From: a virus
Virus record (IMG/VR): IMGVR_UViG_3300044878_000204
Coordinates: 1,757 to 65,756 of that record
DNA: 64,000 nucleotides
Reading direction: 5' to 3' (one strand)
Both the position numbers and the translations under genes were made by a program. This document shows positions 44,321 through 54,331 of this stretch, piece after piece (position 1 is the stretch's first letter; every line of letters starts with the position of its first letter). Below the pieces are notes generated by a model that saw nothing but the letters and a program-made list of their open reading frames with translations, ran no database searches and was not told the DNA's origin.

Positions 44321-45866
44321 GACACAACTAATATTCAGCAATAACAATGAACTAACTGGCATGTTGCTATTATGTCGATTAATCGAACTAGTTGCCCCTT
44401 CTGTAACAGTCGAATATACTAACCAGCAACTAAGCCAAGCGCGAATATGTACGATGCCAACCGCACGCGAAATCGATGACAACGGGTTCCTTTTGATTAA
44501 GGCTTGCCCTATCACGTCATTCGGCATATTTGATTACTCGGCAGGTCAACTTGGCCTTCCCGGCGATCCGATGCGCATCGTCAAGGTTTTCCGGCCAGAA
44601 GAGGCCGTTAACGATCCAGCGGCAATTGAGTCATTCAAAAACGTACCTCTGATCAATGATCACGAGATGCTTTCAGGGTTCCAAAACGATAAGGACAGCA
44701 CAGCGCCAGAGGATTATGGCGTGTCTGGCATTCTGACTTCCAACATTTACTATGCCAAACCGTGGATGTTGGGTGACTTAAAAGTATTCTCTCGCGAGAT
44801 GCAAGCGTTACTCGGCAAAGGCAAGAAAGATTTGTCGCTGGGATACTCTTGTGACTTCGAAGAAAAGCCCGGTGTTTGGCAAGGCCAAGCTTACGAAGTT
44901 GTCCAAACCAATATGCGCGGCAACCACATCGCACTAGTTGATGAGGGTCGCGTTCCTGGCGCAAGGGTATTGGATGGTTTATGTTTTGACCATCTCAGTT
45001 TCGACTTCAAACCATCCGATAAGGAAAACAACATGCCAAAGTCTAAAAAGGCTATGGACAAGGCGGCGCGTGATAGTGCCGTTGAAGAGCTGAAAACGCT
45101 CGTTCCTGCTCTGGCAAAAGCCCTTGAAGGCTTTCTGGCAGAAGAAGGCGCGGAAGCCGCTCATCAAGAGGGCGCCGCTCCACAACCCGGCCAAGAGCCA
45201 GCGAACGTCGATCAAGGCGGTCAGGGCGAGCAACAGCCCGCACCCGCACCAGAGGCCAACGCCGAAACTGGCGCTGCAACCAGCGAGACACCATCGGCTG
45301 GCCAAGAAGGTGGCGGCGATATCCTCGCCCTGATCGAGCAAGCTAAAGCCACCCTGGCCAAGCTGGAGGCTGCTGCAGCAGGTTGCCAACCGGGGGCTGA
45401 TGATGGCGAACAAAAACCGACCAACGACAACATCGAAGGTCTGCAAGAAAACGGAAATCCAAACGGTGCGCAGGTCGGCACTGACGGCGAGGGCGAAGGC
45501 CAAAGTCAAGGCAACGATAACGAGGGCGGTGAGATGGAAAATAAACCAGGCACTAAAGCGGAAGACGCTTCGGTTGGCCGTTTCTACGCTGATCTTGCTA
45601 CTAAGACTAGCCTCTACAACCGGCTGTCTAAAGTTGTTGGAGCCTTCGATCACAGCCGCATGGACGCTCGTCAAGTCGGTGTTTATGGCGTGAAGAAACT
45701 CGGCCTGCAGTGTGCTGATGGCATGGAAGGTCTGGCGGTTGACGCATTCCTGTCCGCCACCGAAGCCGCCAACAAGCGCGCTGGCACCCAAGTGACCCAA
45801 GCCGTAACCGACGGCGCAGAAAGCGCCTGCCCTGAAATCGATGCATACCTCAAAGGCGGTCAATAA
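44241..45866 (+). CDS. Prohead protease/scaffolding protein with an acidic Gly/Glu-rich C-terminal half; start uncertain
   Basis: ORF opens at TTG 44241 but overlaps repeated promoter-like elements; ATG candidates at 44360 and 44452; C-terminal EGAEAAHQEGAAPQPGQEP...GEGEGQSQGNDNEGGEMEN low-complexity region is typical of scaffold proteins. Confidence 0.55.
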   Translation: MTITQAINFAADHFPPEFNVPPGKVTQTQLIFSNNNELTGMLLLCRLIELVAPSVTVEYTNQQLSQARICTMPTAREIDDNGFLLIKACPITSFGIFDYSAGQLGLPGDPMRIVKVFRPEEAVNDPAAIESFKNVPLINDHEMLSGFQNDKDSTAPEDYGVSGILTSNIYYAKPWMLGDLKVFSREMQALLGKGKKDLSLGYSCDFEEKPGVWQGQAYEVVQTNMRGNHIALVDEGRVPGARVLDGLCFDHLSFDFKPSDKENNMPKSKKAMDKAARDSAVEELKTLVPALAKALEGFLAEEGAEAAHQEGAAPQPGQEPANVDQGGQGEQQPAPAPEANAETGAATSETPSAGQEGGGDILALIEQAKATLAKLEAAAAGCQPGADDGEQKPTNDNIEGLQENGNPNGAQVGTDGEGEGQSQGNDNEGGEMENKPGTKAEDASVGRFYADLATKTSLYNRLSKVVGAFDHSRMDARQVGVYGVKKLGLQCADGMEGLAVDAFLSATEAANKRAGTQVTQAVTDGAESACPEIDAYLKGGQ

Positions 45867-45868
45867 TC

Positions 45869-46498
45869 ATGACTTTCCAACGCGTTGTAAATCGCAATTT
45901 CACCGTAGGTTTTCCCGGCGAAATCGTCCGTGAAGGCCCGACTCGCGGCACCACCGGTCGCTTCGACGCGAGTACCAACCCTTCCAGCCCGCGTAACGGT
46001 GGCAACCGCGTAGGTCGAGTGTTCGGTTACAAAGGCGAATTGCCTGTATCCGGCAGCACTCAGGCCGCGCTGGTCCCGACGTTCGAAGTCGGCGGTGCAG
46101 TTGGCGCATACGCCGGTATTTTCGCTCACCCGAAACACCACGTCCTGCAAGGCACCGTCTCTGGCGGTCCGCTCGCGCCGTCGCTGGTGGTTCCGGATGG
46201 CACCGAGGGCGAAGTCCTCAACATGGTCACCGGTCTGGTAGTTGAAATCTTCAACCACACCAAGGCCACTTTGAACATCAAGGCAGGCGATACCCTCGCC
46301 TATGTGACGACCGCAACCACCGACGTTCAGGATGATCTCATTCTGCCGTACGGCGCGATCATCGCAGTGCCACGTGGCGCGGCAGTCCCAGCTGGCTTCC
46401 AAGCCATCAGCGGCACCGTGTTGAACCCGATCAGCTTGGCTGCTTCTGCGGTTGGCGCCGTGGTCGCCGGTCTGACTATCATCCAGACCACTTTGTAA
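45869..46498 (+). CDS. Hypothetical head protein (209 aa)
   Basis: Between the scaffold and major capsid genes. Confidence 0.5.
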   Translation: MTFQRVVNRNFTVGFPGEIVREGPTRGTTGRFDASTNPSSPRNGGNRVGRVFGYKGELPVSGSTQAALVPTFEVGGAVGAYAGIFAHPKHHVLQGTVSGGPLAPSLVVPDGTEGEVLNMVTGLVVEIFNHTKATLNIKAGDTLAYVTTATTDVQDDLILPYGAIIAVPRGAAVPAGFQAISGTVLNPISLAASAVGAVVAGLTIIQTTL

Positions 46499-46511
46499 GG
46501 AATAATAAGTC

Positions 46512-47648
46512 ATGAGCAAGAACAGCCAAACACTTTCTCGCATGTCGGGCCGTCGTGTCCGCCCGCTGGAACTCACCAACGTCACCGACTCCGCAGTCAA
46601 AGCACTTGCGAAAATCGGCGTCGTGTTCGACCACGCAACCGTTCGCGACCAACTGCAATGTCTGGCTTCGGCTGGTGCGTTCCGTGCCACCACGGCAAAT
46701 GACTCTGCGTTCACCGCGCCGATCACCACCGCATCCATTCCGACCCCGATCCAGTTCCTGCAAACCTGGCTGCCGGGTTTCGTCAAGGTTCTGACCGCCG
46801 CTCGCAAGATCGACGACATCATCGGCATCAACACCGTTGGTTCGTGGGAAGACCAGGAAATCGTACAGGGCATCGTTGAACCTTCGGGCGTTGCCGGCGA
46901 ATACGGCGATTTCACCAACATCCCTCTGACCAGCTGGAACACCAACTTCGAACGCCGCACCATCGTGCGCGCCGAATTGGGCATGGCAGTCGGCCTGTTG
47001 GAAGAAGGTCGCTCCGCGGCCATGCGTCTGAACTCTGCCGACACCAAGCGTCAGCAAGCAGCTGTTGGTCTGGAAATCTTCCGTAACGCTGTTGGTTTCT
47101 ACGGCTGGAACTCTGCCGCTGGCAACCGCACCTTCGGCTTCCTGAACGATCCGCAACTGCCTGCGTTTGTAACTGCTCCGTCCGGTGGCTGGGCTGCTGC
47201 AGACTTCAAGAAAATCGTCGGCGACATCCGTGCCGCTGTCGTTCAATTGCGCACCCAATCGCAAGACCAGATCGACCCTGAAAAAGTTGACCTGACTCTG
47301 GCTCTGCCGACCAACAAGGTTGATTACCTGTCGGTCACCACCGACTTCGGTATCAGCGTTCGCGACTGGATCACCCAGACCTACCCGAAAATGCGTATCG
47401 TTTCGGCTCCTGAGCTGTCCGGCGCAGACGGTTCGTCCGATGTCCTGTATCTGTTCGCAGAAGACATCGACTCGTCGATTGACGGTTCGTCCGACAGCGG
47501 CGAGACTTTCGCCCAGCTGGTTCAGTCCAAGTTCATCACTCTGGGCGTTGAAAAACGCGCCAAGTCGTATGTCGAGGACTACACCAACGGCACCGCCGGC
47601 ACCCTCTGCAAACGTCCTTGGGCTGTGGTACGCTTCACAGCTATCTAA
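46512..47648 (+). CDS. Major capsid protein
   Basis: 378 aa; strongly biased codon usage (GGC/CTG/ACC), AGGAATAATAAGTCATG context; strong terminator at 47671-47700. Confidence 0.75.
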   Translation: MSKNSQTLSRMSGRRVRPLELTNVTDSAVKALAKIGVVFDHATVRDQLQCLASAGAFRATTANDSAFTAPITTASIPTPIQFLQTWLPGFVKVLTAARKIDDIIGINTVGSWEDQEIVQGIVEPSGVAGEYGDFTNIPLTSWNTNFERRTIVRAELGMAVGLLEEGRSAAMRLNSADTKRQQAAVGLEIFRNAVGFYGWNSAAGNRTFGFLNDPQLPAFVTAPSGGWAAADFKKIVGDIRAAVVQLRTQSQDQIDPEKVDLTLALPTNKVDYLSVTTDFGISVRDWITQTYPKMRIVSAPELSGADGSSDVLYLFAEDIDSSIDGSSDSGETFAQLVQSKFITLGVEKRAKSYVEDYTNGTAGTLCKRPWAVVRFTAI

Positions 47649-47670
47649 GCACGCCAGGAAGTAATAGAAT

Positions 47671-47700
47671 AAAGGGCGGGCATTAACCGCCCTTTATTTC
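47671..47700 (+). terminator. Terminator after the major capsid gene
   Basis: AAAGGGCGG-gcattaa-CCGCCCTTTATTT. Confidence 0.8.
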
Positions 47701-47757
47701 ACCCGATGTAATTAGGCTGTAGGGGCTTAATTGCACTAATAACTAGGACTACACAAA

Positions 47758-48192
47758 ATGACAACTTTCGTACTTTCCACAATGAGCGCTGGCGTCAACT
47801 ACGCAATCTATCGCGATGTTGGCGGCCTCCCTGTCATCCAACACAAAATCCTCGTGCAGGGTGGTGCCGGTTTGGCATCGCTCCGTAGTGGATTCGGCGA
47901 GCAAGGCCAGACAGCAGATGGCCGTCCGATCTGGACTGCCGATGGCGTAGTCACCCCAATTTCCGATGAAGACTGGGAAATCCTGAAGAACCACCCGGTA
48001 TTCATTAAGCATCAACAAAAGGGCTTGGTCAAAGAGCTGAACAAAGACCTTCGCGGGAACCATCGTGAAGTGCAAAAGCACGCGGCCAGCATGGAAGTTG
48101 ACGGCTTCCGTCCGTTGACCAAAGACACAATTGCAAAGAACCTGAAAGTCACCACCGCAACTATGCGGACTGAAGATGAATTCCGCATCTAA
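47758..48192 (+). CDS. Hypothetical virion protein
   Basis: ORF after the capsid terminator. Confidence 0.5.
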   Translation: MTTFVLSTMSAGVNYAIYRDVGGLPVIQHKILVQGGAGLASLRSGFGEQGQTADGRPIWTADGVVTPISDEDWEILKNHPVFIKHQQKGLVKELNKDLRGNHREVQKHAASMEVDGFRPLTKDTIAKNLKVTTATMRTEDEFRI

Positions 48193-48203
48193 GGAGTTGC
48201 ACC

Positions 48204-48656
48204 ATGGCCGTGTTCAATGCCGCTTTATTTCGGGAGCAGTTCCCCGCGTTTGCCGATCCTGCAAAGTATCCTGACGCCCAGATTGAAGCGTATTGGGACA
48301 TGGCCACTATGTTCATTTCTGCCGAGGACAGCCCGTACAGAACTTTGGACGGCAAACGTCTGGCAACTGCACTGAACATGCTGACCGCTCACTTGCTGTT
48401 CCTTGGCACGAACAAGTCCGGTGGCGCAACCGGCAGCTCTTCGAAAGGCGGATTCACAACGTCGGCAACGGTCGGCGAAGTATCCGTGTCCAAACTGGCC
48501 CCTCCTGCCAGCGATGGCTGGCAATGGTGGCTGGCTGGGTCCGACTATGGCCAGATGCTGTGGGCGCTCCTGAGTGTGTTATCCGTGGGCGGGCTTTCTG
48601 TTGGCGGCCTTCCAGAGCGTGAAGCATTCCGAAAAGTTGGCGGGGTGTTCTGGTGA
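48204..48656 (+). CDS. Head-tail connector/completion protein (tentative)
   Basis: Position and size. Confidence 0.45.
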   Translation: MAVFNAALFREQFPAFADPAKYPDAQIEAYWDMATMFISAEDSPYRTLDGKRLATALNMLTAHLLFLGTNKSGGATGSSSKGGFTTSATVGEVSVSKLAPPASDGWQWWLAGSDYGQMLWALLSVLSVGGLSVGGLPEREAFRKVGGVFW

Positions 48657-49048
48657 GTATTCCAGGAATTGACTTGCTGTCGGTCGCCTTTGAGGTCATC
48701 GGCACCCAAATCATAAACTACAGAATAAACACAGGTCGTGAGAAGAACGATCAGTTTCAGTGGGTTCCAAAGTTTGATCCATTCTTCGACCTTGAGGCCT
48801 CAATTCAGAGAGTGCCGCGAAGACAGTACGTTCAGTACAACTTGGAATTCCAACGCAACTATGTAACGGTGTTTGCGTCGATTGATATGATCGACCTTCA
48901 ACGCGACACTTCCGGCGATCAATTCATATACGGCGGTCGCCTGTACCAACTTGAGTCACAAGGCACTTGGTTTGCGCAAGATGGATGGGCCGTTTGTATG
49001 GCTGTTGATATCGGCATAGCTCCAGTGATACCTCCAGTTACGCCATAA
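48653..49048 (+). CDS. Neck/head-completion protein (tentative)
   Basis: Position and size; 4-nt overlap. Confidence 0.45.
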   Translation: MSIPGIDLLSVAFEVIGTQIINYRINTGREKNDQFQWVPKFDPFFDLEASIQRVPRRQYVQYNLEFQRNYVTVFASIDMIDLQRDTSGDQFIYGGRLYQLESQGTWFAQDGWAVCMAVDIGIAPVIPPVTP

Positions 49049-49059
49049 GGATATTTCAA

Positions 49060-49605
49060 ATGCTCGACGGTCAATTGATTTCGTTCTTAGGCGCAGAGAT
49101 TCTTACGGCCGTCGCGGCATCCGACTTTGGGCCGATTGAAGTAGTTCAAAAGGGACAGCCAACTCAAGAGGGTGTTCCAGATGGCCCAACCGTATTCTTC
49201 GAAAAGTTGTTTCACACTGACGTTGGCTGGCCGATGGTCAGTTGGGTTAAAGATCCGCTTTCTGATCAATACATCGAGGAAGTGACTCAACGTATCGAGA
49301 CTACGTTCCAGATCACCGCCCTTTGGTGGCAAGATCCGTTGGCAACCAAAGTTGTGACTGCGTCAGATTTGGTAAACCAAGTGAACCTTTACTTCAAACT
49401 TCCATCGACAATTGGCAGGTTCTTATTGAATAAGATTAGCCTGTTGAGAGTTCGCGAAGTTCGAAATCCGTACTTTGAAAATGACCGTCACCAGTTTGAA
49501 GCGCACCCAAGTTTTGATTTGGTTCTGACGCACAACACATCAATCAACACTAAAGTTGGCGCGATCACCACCGTCAACTCAGACATCCAGCAGGCCACCC
49601 CGTGA
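49060..49605 (+). CDS. Neck protein (tentative)
   Basis: Position. Confidence 0.45.
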   Translation: MLDGQLISFLGAEILTAVAASDFGPIEVVQKGQPTQEGVPDGPTVFFEKLFHTDVGWPMVSWVKDPLSDQYIEEVTQRIETTFQITALWWQDPLATKVVTASDLVNQVNLYFKLPSTIGRFLLNKISLLRVREVRNPYFENDRHQFEAHPSFDLVLTHNTSINTKVGAITTVNSDIQQATP

Positions 49606-50174
49606 TACAGGGTTCGGCCATGATCGCAAGGCACATCGCCGCGCTTAAGGAGATGAAAGGAAAGAGCGTGGAGGCCGGTTGGTTTGAGTCCGCGCAATAC
49701 CCTTCTGTAGACGGCCAACAGGGCAGGTCGGTCGCGGCCAACGCCCGGTTCCTAGAGTTCGGCGGGACTATCGACCATCCCGGCGGAACAAAGTATATTA
49801 CAGATGCAGCGACATCTACGCGGATGTTAGGTACGAGGTTCGTCAAAAACAGTTTCCAAGGCGAGCATAAGGTCACACAGGCCCACCAGATTGTAATCCC
49901 TGCTCGACCGTTCATGAGACTTGCTTGGTCAACTTTTAATGCCGACAGAAGTTCAATCCAGAAAAGAATCGCACAAGATTTGATTAGCGGAAAGATTACG
50001 ATAGATCAAGCTCTAGGTCAAATCGGCCTGGAGCTTGAGAAGCACATAGTAAAGAGCATAAGGAATGGTAATTGGGCTCCAAACGCCAGATCGACTGTTT
50101 CTGCAAAAGGATTTGATAAACCGCTCATCGAGACGTCATTTATGTGGCAGTCGGTGACAAGTAAAGTTTCTTAA
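49602..50174 (+). CDS. Tail-completion/neck protein (tentative)
   Basis: Position just before the sheath gene. Confidence 0.45.
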   Translation: MIQGSAMIARHIAALKEMKGKSVEAGWFESAQYPSVDGQQGRSVAANARFLEFGGTIDHPGGTKYITDAATSTRMLGTRFVKNSFQGEHKVTQAHQIVIPARPFMRLAWSTFNADRSSIQKRIAQDLISGKITIDQALGQIGLELEKHIVKSIRNGNWAPNARSTVSAKGFDKPLIETSFMWQSVTSKVS

Positions 50175-50190
50175 TAAGGAGTCACACAAA

Positions 50191-51705
50191 GTGATTAGCC
50201 AAAAACGCTATATCCGGATTGTATCTGGCGTCGGCGCTGGCGCTACAGTCGCCGAGCGAAAACTCATCATGCGCCTCATCACCAAAAACGCAATTTTGCC
50301 GCCTGGCATCGTGATCGAATTCTCGACAGCCGATGCAGTCGGAGCGTACTTCGGCATGCAGTCTGAAGAATACAAGCGTGCTCTGGCGTACTTCAGCTTC
50401 ATCAGCAAAAACATCACTTCGCCACGCACCATCAGCATTGCTCGTTGGGTTGATGCAGCGATTGCGCCGATTGTGGTTGGCGATGCATTTGCTAAAGTCC
50501 TGTCGTCGTTCACAGCTTTCGCGGCAGGGACTTTGACAGTCAACGTCGGAAACACGGTGGTGCCTATCACAGGGATTGACGTTAGCACGTCCATCGACCT
50601 GACTTCAGTCGCGTCAACCATCCAGGCCAGCCTTCGCGCCACGGCAAACGCCCAATTGGCGACTGCCACGGTAACATTCAATACCAACACCAATCAGTTC
50701 GTGCTTACCGGCAGCGTGCCTGGGTCTGGCTCGATATCCGTAACGGCCACCGGCCTTGCTACGGATATGTCCCAGGTGCTCGGTTTGGCAACTGGCGGGA
50801 CCGTACTCGTTGGCGGACAAGCGGCAGACACCCCTGCAGTGGCCATCGCCAAATCGGCAGGCATCAGCAACAACTTCGGATCAATGGTATTCGCCACTGC
50901 CGCGCTCACCAACGAGCAAATCAAAGAGGTTTCGGCGTGGAACCACGCGCAGAACAACGAATACTTCTACAGCATTCCGACCATCATCACCAACCTGGCT
51001 ACCCTGTACGCCCTCATCAAGGGATACAGCGGCTCTGGCATCACGCTGTTGTCGCCGACTGCGCCGAATGATTACGCAGAGCAGTCGCCTTGCGAAATCC
51101 TCGCAGCCACGAACTACAACGAACCGAACTCTGTTAACAACTACATGTTCTATCAGTTCGCCAACCGCAACATCGTCATTTCCGACGACCCAACTGCCGA
51201 TACCGCAGACAAGAGCCGTGGCAACTACATCGGCGTGACGCAGATGTCCGGTCAGCAACTCGCATTCTACCAACGTGGAGTGCTCTGCGGTGGTTCGCAA
51301 GACGCAACCGACATGAATACTTACGCCAACGAAATGTGGCTGAAGTCGGCTCTGTCCGGTCGAATCATGTCGCTGTTCCTGAATGTCGGTTCTGTCGCAG
51401 CCAACCCAACCGGCGCGTCGTCGATCCTGGCCGTCATCCAGCCGATCCTCACGATGGCAGGCGACAACGGGACGTTCTCCGCAGGCAAAGAAATCAATGT
51501 CGTGCAACAACAGTACATCACGCAGGTATCCAACGACAAGAATGCGTGGCGTCAAGTTCAAACCATCGGCTATTGGTTGGATATCGACTTCTCCAGCTAC
51601 GTCAACGAAAACACCCAGTTGACTGAATGGCAAGCGACTTACAAGTTGATCTACTCCAAAGGCGATGCCATCCGCTTCGTCAGCGGCTCTGACATCTTGA
51701 TCTAA
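50191..51705 (+). CDS. Tail sheath protein
   Basis: 504 aa; followed by a ~150-aa tube gene and then a tape measure gene (myovirus order); AAGGAG RBS. Confidence 0.65.
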   Translation: MISQKRYIRIVSGVGAGATVAERKLIMRLITKNAILPPGIVIEFSTADAVGAYFGMQSEEYKRALAYFSFISKNITSPRTISIARWVDAAIAPIVVGDAFAKVLSSFTAFAAGTLTVNVGNTVVPITGIDVSTSIDLTSVASTIQASLRATANAQLATATVTFNTNTNQFVLTGSVPGSGSISVTATGLATDMSQVLGLATGGTVLVGGQAADTPAVAIAKSAGISNNFGSMVFATAALTNEQIKEVSAWNHAQNNEYFYSIPTIITNLATLYALIKGYSGSGITLLSPTAPNDYAEQSPCEILAATNYNEPNSVNNYMFYQFANRNIVISDDPTADTADKSRGNYIGVTQMSGQQLAFYQRGVLCGGSQDATDMNTYANEMWLKSALSGRIMSLFLNVGSVAANPTGASSILAVIQPILTMAGDNGTFSAGKEINVVQQQYITQVSNDKNAWRQVQTIGYWLDIDFSSYVNENTQLTEWQATYKLIYSKGDAIRFVSGSDILI

Positions 51706-51713
51706 CCCGGCGA

Positions 51714-51749
51714 CAGACGTTATAGGCGCTTGGCTTATAACGTCTTTTC
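51714..51749 (+). terminator. Terminator/attenuator between the sheath and tube genes
   Basis: AGACGTTATA-ggcgcttggc-TTATAACGTCTTTTCGG, followed by TATAAT and AGGAG before the tube ATG. Confidence 0.7.
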
Positions 51750-51781
51750 GGATATAATCGGCACATTCAGGAGTAACAACT

Positions 51782-52240
51782 ATGACAGTTAACGTTTCGG
51801 CGTTCGGGCTATCTGCTCAAATCACCGCCGACAAGACTTTCCCTAACGGCTTCACTCTGACAGAGTTTGCCGATGACGCAGACCCGCTTGATTCGCCGGA
51901 CTTTCAAGCATCCGACGCCTCCAGCGGCCTGAACGGCGATATGCTGGTATGGTCCAAAGCAGGCGGCATCGAGGTTTTGGTGAACGTCATCCCTACCAGC
52001 GAGGGCGACAACAACCTTGACGCACTTCTGGATGCCAACCGTAACGGCAAAAACAAGTCCAGCGCAAAAGACAACATCGGCATCGTATTCACTTACCCTA
52101 CCGGCCAGCGCGTTATCTGCGCCGATGGAGTATTGCTGAGCGGTCCGATGTTGCCGCAAGTCGCTGGCTCTGGCCGTTTGAAAACTCGCCAGTACCGCTT
52201 CAAGTTCGAAAAAGTCACCAAGTCTAAAGTGACTCAGTAA
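51782..52240 (+). CDS. Tail tube protein
   Basis: 152 aa directly after the sheath gene; paralogous to 53297-53794. Confidence 0.6.
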   Translation: MTVNVSAFGLSAQITADKTFPNGFTLTEFADDADPLDSPDFQASDASSGLNGDMLVWSKAGGIEVLVNVIPTSEGDNNLDALLDANRNGKNKSSAKDNIGIVFTYPTGQRVICADGVLLSGPMLPQVAGSGRLKTRQYRFKFEKVTKSKVTQ

Positions 52241-52557
52241 TGTATAAAATTCCGCTGACATCGATCCCGAATCAAGCCGTCTCATTCAACCTGGATGGCG
52301 CGTTTTGGAAGATTCACATCTTTCAGGCAGTTGATCGCATGTATATGGATATATCAAGAGGGGGTGAAGTTATCATCCTCGGCTCTCGATGCCTCGGCGG
52401 AATTCCACTTATGCCTTACACGTATATGTTCGCGCCGAACTTCGGCAACTTTATTTTTGATTCGGATGCAGACTGGACTTTGTTCGGTGACTCCTGCAAC
52501 CTTTTTTACTTGCCATCGGCTGAGTATGCCGAGTACGCCCAACTTGCAGGGTTATAG
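52240..52557 (+). CDS. Hypothetical tail protein
   Basis: ORF. Confidence 0.45.
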   Translation: MYKIPLTSIPNQAVSFNLDGAFWKIHIFQAVDRMYMDISRGGEVIILGSRCLGGIPLMPYTYMFAPNFGNFIFDSDADWTLFGDSCNLFYLPSAEYAEYAQLAGL

Positions 52558-52913
52558 TGATGTCAACTACAAGTATCAAAGTGGACGACAACAACGACCC
52601 AATTCTTGACCTTGGCGGCAACCTGATTATCATCAAGGATCTGGAGGCCTGCACCCAAGATGTTCGCGCACAGACTCTCGTGCGTTCAGGCGAAAACATC
52701 TACAGCAAAAACGAGGGCGTAGGTTACTTTGAATACATCTTCACGCCGCAGCCAAATCAAGATGAGGCGCGAAGGTCACTTGCAACTGCAATATTGGCGT
52801 CTCCAGATGTCACAAGTATCGAGCAACTAAACATCGACATCCAAGGCGAATCGTTCAATTACGAAGCGCTGGTGTTGACTCTCCATGGTCCTATGGCGGT
52901 GAAATCACAATGA
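52557..52913 (+). CDS. Hypothetical tail protein
   Basis: ORF. Confidence 0.45.
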   Translation: MMSTTSIKVDDNNDPILDLGGNLIIIKDLEACTQDVRAQTLVRSGENIYSKNEGVGYFEYIFTPQPNQDEARRSLATAILASPDVTSIEQLNIDIQGESFNYEALVLTLHGPMAVKSQ

Positions 52914-53287
52914 CTGGCACAATCCTGATTCAAAGCGCATTCGGCGTACTCTCTTCGGCAGTTGATGCATCGAAGACTTACAACGAACCACTCCCGTCCT
53001 TCAACCCTGTTATCGCAGAACTGGCAGAAGTCGGCGCGACCGTTGCAGAAGTCGGCGGCCAAGACCTTCAAGAGTACTGGGCCAACCAGCCTTTGGAAGC
53101 GGACGGAGCGGGTGAAACGAACACCGGCCTGGGCGCTGGCGAACCTGGCGCGGGCGATCCCCAAGCCGAATCCAACGCCGGTGCACCTTCCGCAGGCGAA
53201 GCCACGGCAGAAGCCACGGCAGAAGCCACGGCAGAAGCCACGGCTGCAACTCCAGCCAAAACCACAAAGACCGCTGCGGCCAAGTAA
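52910..53287 (+). CDS. Tail-associated protein with a C-terminal (EATA)x4 repeat and Ala/Gly/Glu-rich disordered tail
   Basis: 12-bp tandem repeat GAAGCCACGGCA x4 at 53198-53245. Confidence 0.45.
   Translation: MTGTILIQSAFGVLSSAVDASKTYNEPLPSFNPVIAELAEVGATVAEVGGQDLQEYWANQPLEADGAGETNTGLGAGEPGAGDPQAESNAGAPSAGEATAEATAEATAEATAATPAKTTKTAAAK
53198..53245 (+). repeat. 12-bp coding tandem repeat x4 (GAAGCCACGGCA)
   Basis: Encodes EATAEATAEATAEATA inside ORF 52910-53287. Confidence 0.85.
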
Positions 53288-53296
53288 GGGCGAACC

Positions 53297-53794
53297 ATGA
53301 TTGACGTCAGCGGGTTTGGCACCGGCATCGTAGTGCTGGCTCTGCAATCGTTTCCGTTTGGCTTCTCGCTGAAGCAATTCGCAGATGACGTCGATCCAAT
53401 CATGGCAAAAGAGGTTGACGCCGTAGGGTTCGAAATGCTCTATGACGGCGACCTCTTTTCGTTCGATAAAGCCGCGCCAATCGAAGTCGCGGTGTCTGTC
53501 ATCCCAGGATCTGACGATGACATGAACTTGAAGATTCTCCTGCAGAGCAAGAAGGGATCGTCGGCCATCCTGCCGCTTCCTGACATCACCTCGATGGTCA
53601 TAACGTATCCTGACGGCGGTAGGGTGATCTTGTCCAAGGGCACCATCCTGCGTGGCCCCCTGGTGGATAGCATCTTGACAAACGGACGAAAGAAGGGCAA
53701 CACCTATACTTTCGTGTTCGGCGCGTTCCAAGGCGCTCAATCCGCTAAGCAACTTGTGGCCGGCATCGCACAGGGCGCCATGGATCTTTTGTAA
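53297..53794 (+). CDS. Tail tube paralogue (tube-like protein)
   Basis: Shares the pattern SxFGxxxxIxxxxxFPxGF(T/S)LxxFADDxDP...G(G/R)xVIxxxGxLxGP with 51782-52240. Confidence 0.55.
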   Translation: MIDVSGFGTGIVVLALQSFPFGFSLKQFADDVDPIMAKEVDAVGFEMLYDGDLFSFDKAAPIEVAVSVIPGSDDDMNLKILLQSKKGSSAILPLPDITSMVITYPDGGRVILSKGTILRGPLVDSILTNGRKKGNTYTFVFGAFQGAQSAKQLVAGIAQGAMDLL

Positions 53795-54330
53795 TGGCCG
53801 AGAGTATCCTTTCATCGATCCTGTCCAAGGCATCATTTCGCATTCACAATCAGAACCTTGGCGTTGACACCGCCAAAGGGCTGAAGGTTGTGAAGGCCGT
53901 AATACGCATGAGCGCCGATCCACAACGCCACCTGCTTGAGGACGGGTCAACGTTCATCGATACACGCACAGTCAAGCCTATCAAGCTCCAGGTTGACGTC
54001 ATTGCCCCGGACGCCACGGCCCTGACCCAGATCAACGAGGTGGCGTCAGATCGGCGTAACCTGTATCAAATATCCACTCGCGGCATCCTCATCCCGGACA
54101 TGATGATTGACGCAGAGTTGATGGAGCAGACACCAGAGAACATATCCTCCACGGTGATCAAACTCTCCTTCAAGCAAATTCTTATCGAGCACAAGAACCA
54201 GACCATAGTCAACAACCCGGCCAACGCCAGCATAGTTGATCGCGGCAGGGCGCTCATCGAAGACGCGAAAGAGACGGCCTTGGAGCTTTTTAACAAGGCA
54301 TCAAAAACAATCACTGATTTGGTATCCTAA
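53794..54330 (+). CDS. Hypothetical tail protein
   Basis: ORF. Confidence 0.45.
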   Translation: MAESILSSILSKASFRIHNQNLGVDTAKGLKVVKAVIRMSADPQRHLLEDGSTFIDTRTVKPIKLQVDVIAPDATALTQINEVASDRRNLYQISTRGILIPDMMIDAELMEQTPENISSTVIKLSFKQILIEHKNQTIVNNPANASIVDRGRALIEDAKETALELFNKASKTITDLVS

Positions 54331-54331
54331 C

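Noticed and set aside
44979-45863. Minus-strand 294-aa ORF antisense to the scaffold gene, and other antisense ORFs in the structural module
   Set aside because: Low-complexity antisense to the acidic scaffold tail; no translation signals.
52962-53403. ORFs 52962-53300 (+), 53010-53267 (-) and 53068-53403 (-) overlapping the EATA repeat gene
   Set aside because: Alternative frames of a GC-rich repeat region; Pro/Arg/Leu-rich nonsense. The in-frame structural gene is preferred.
54236-54331. Upstream extension of ORF 54236-54964 overlapping 53794-54330, as a possible programmed frameshift
   Set aside because: The extension would need a +1 shift, and no slippery heptamer is evident. An ATG with the extension removed sits 1 nt after the upstream stop, so two simple adjacent genes is the simpler reading.
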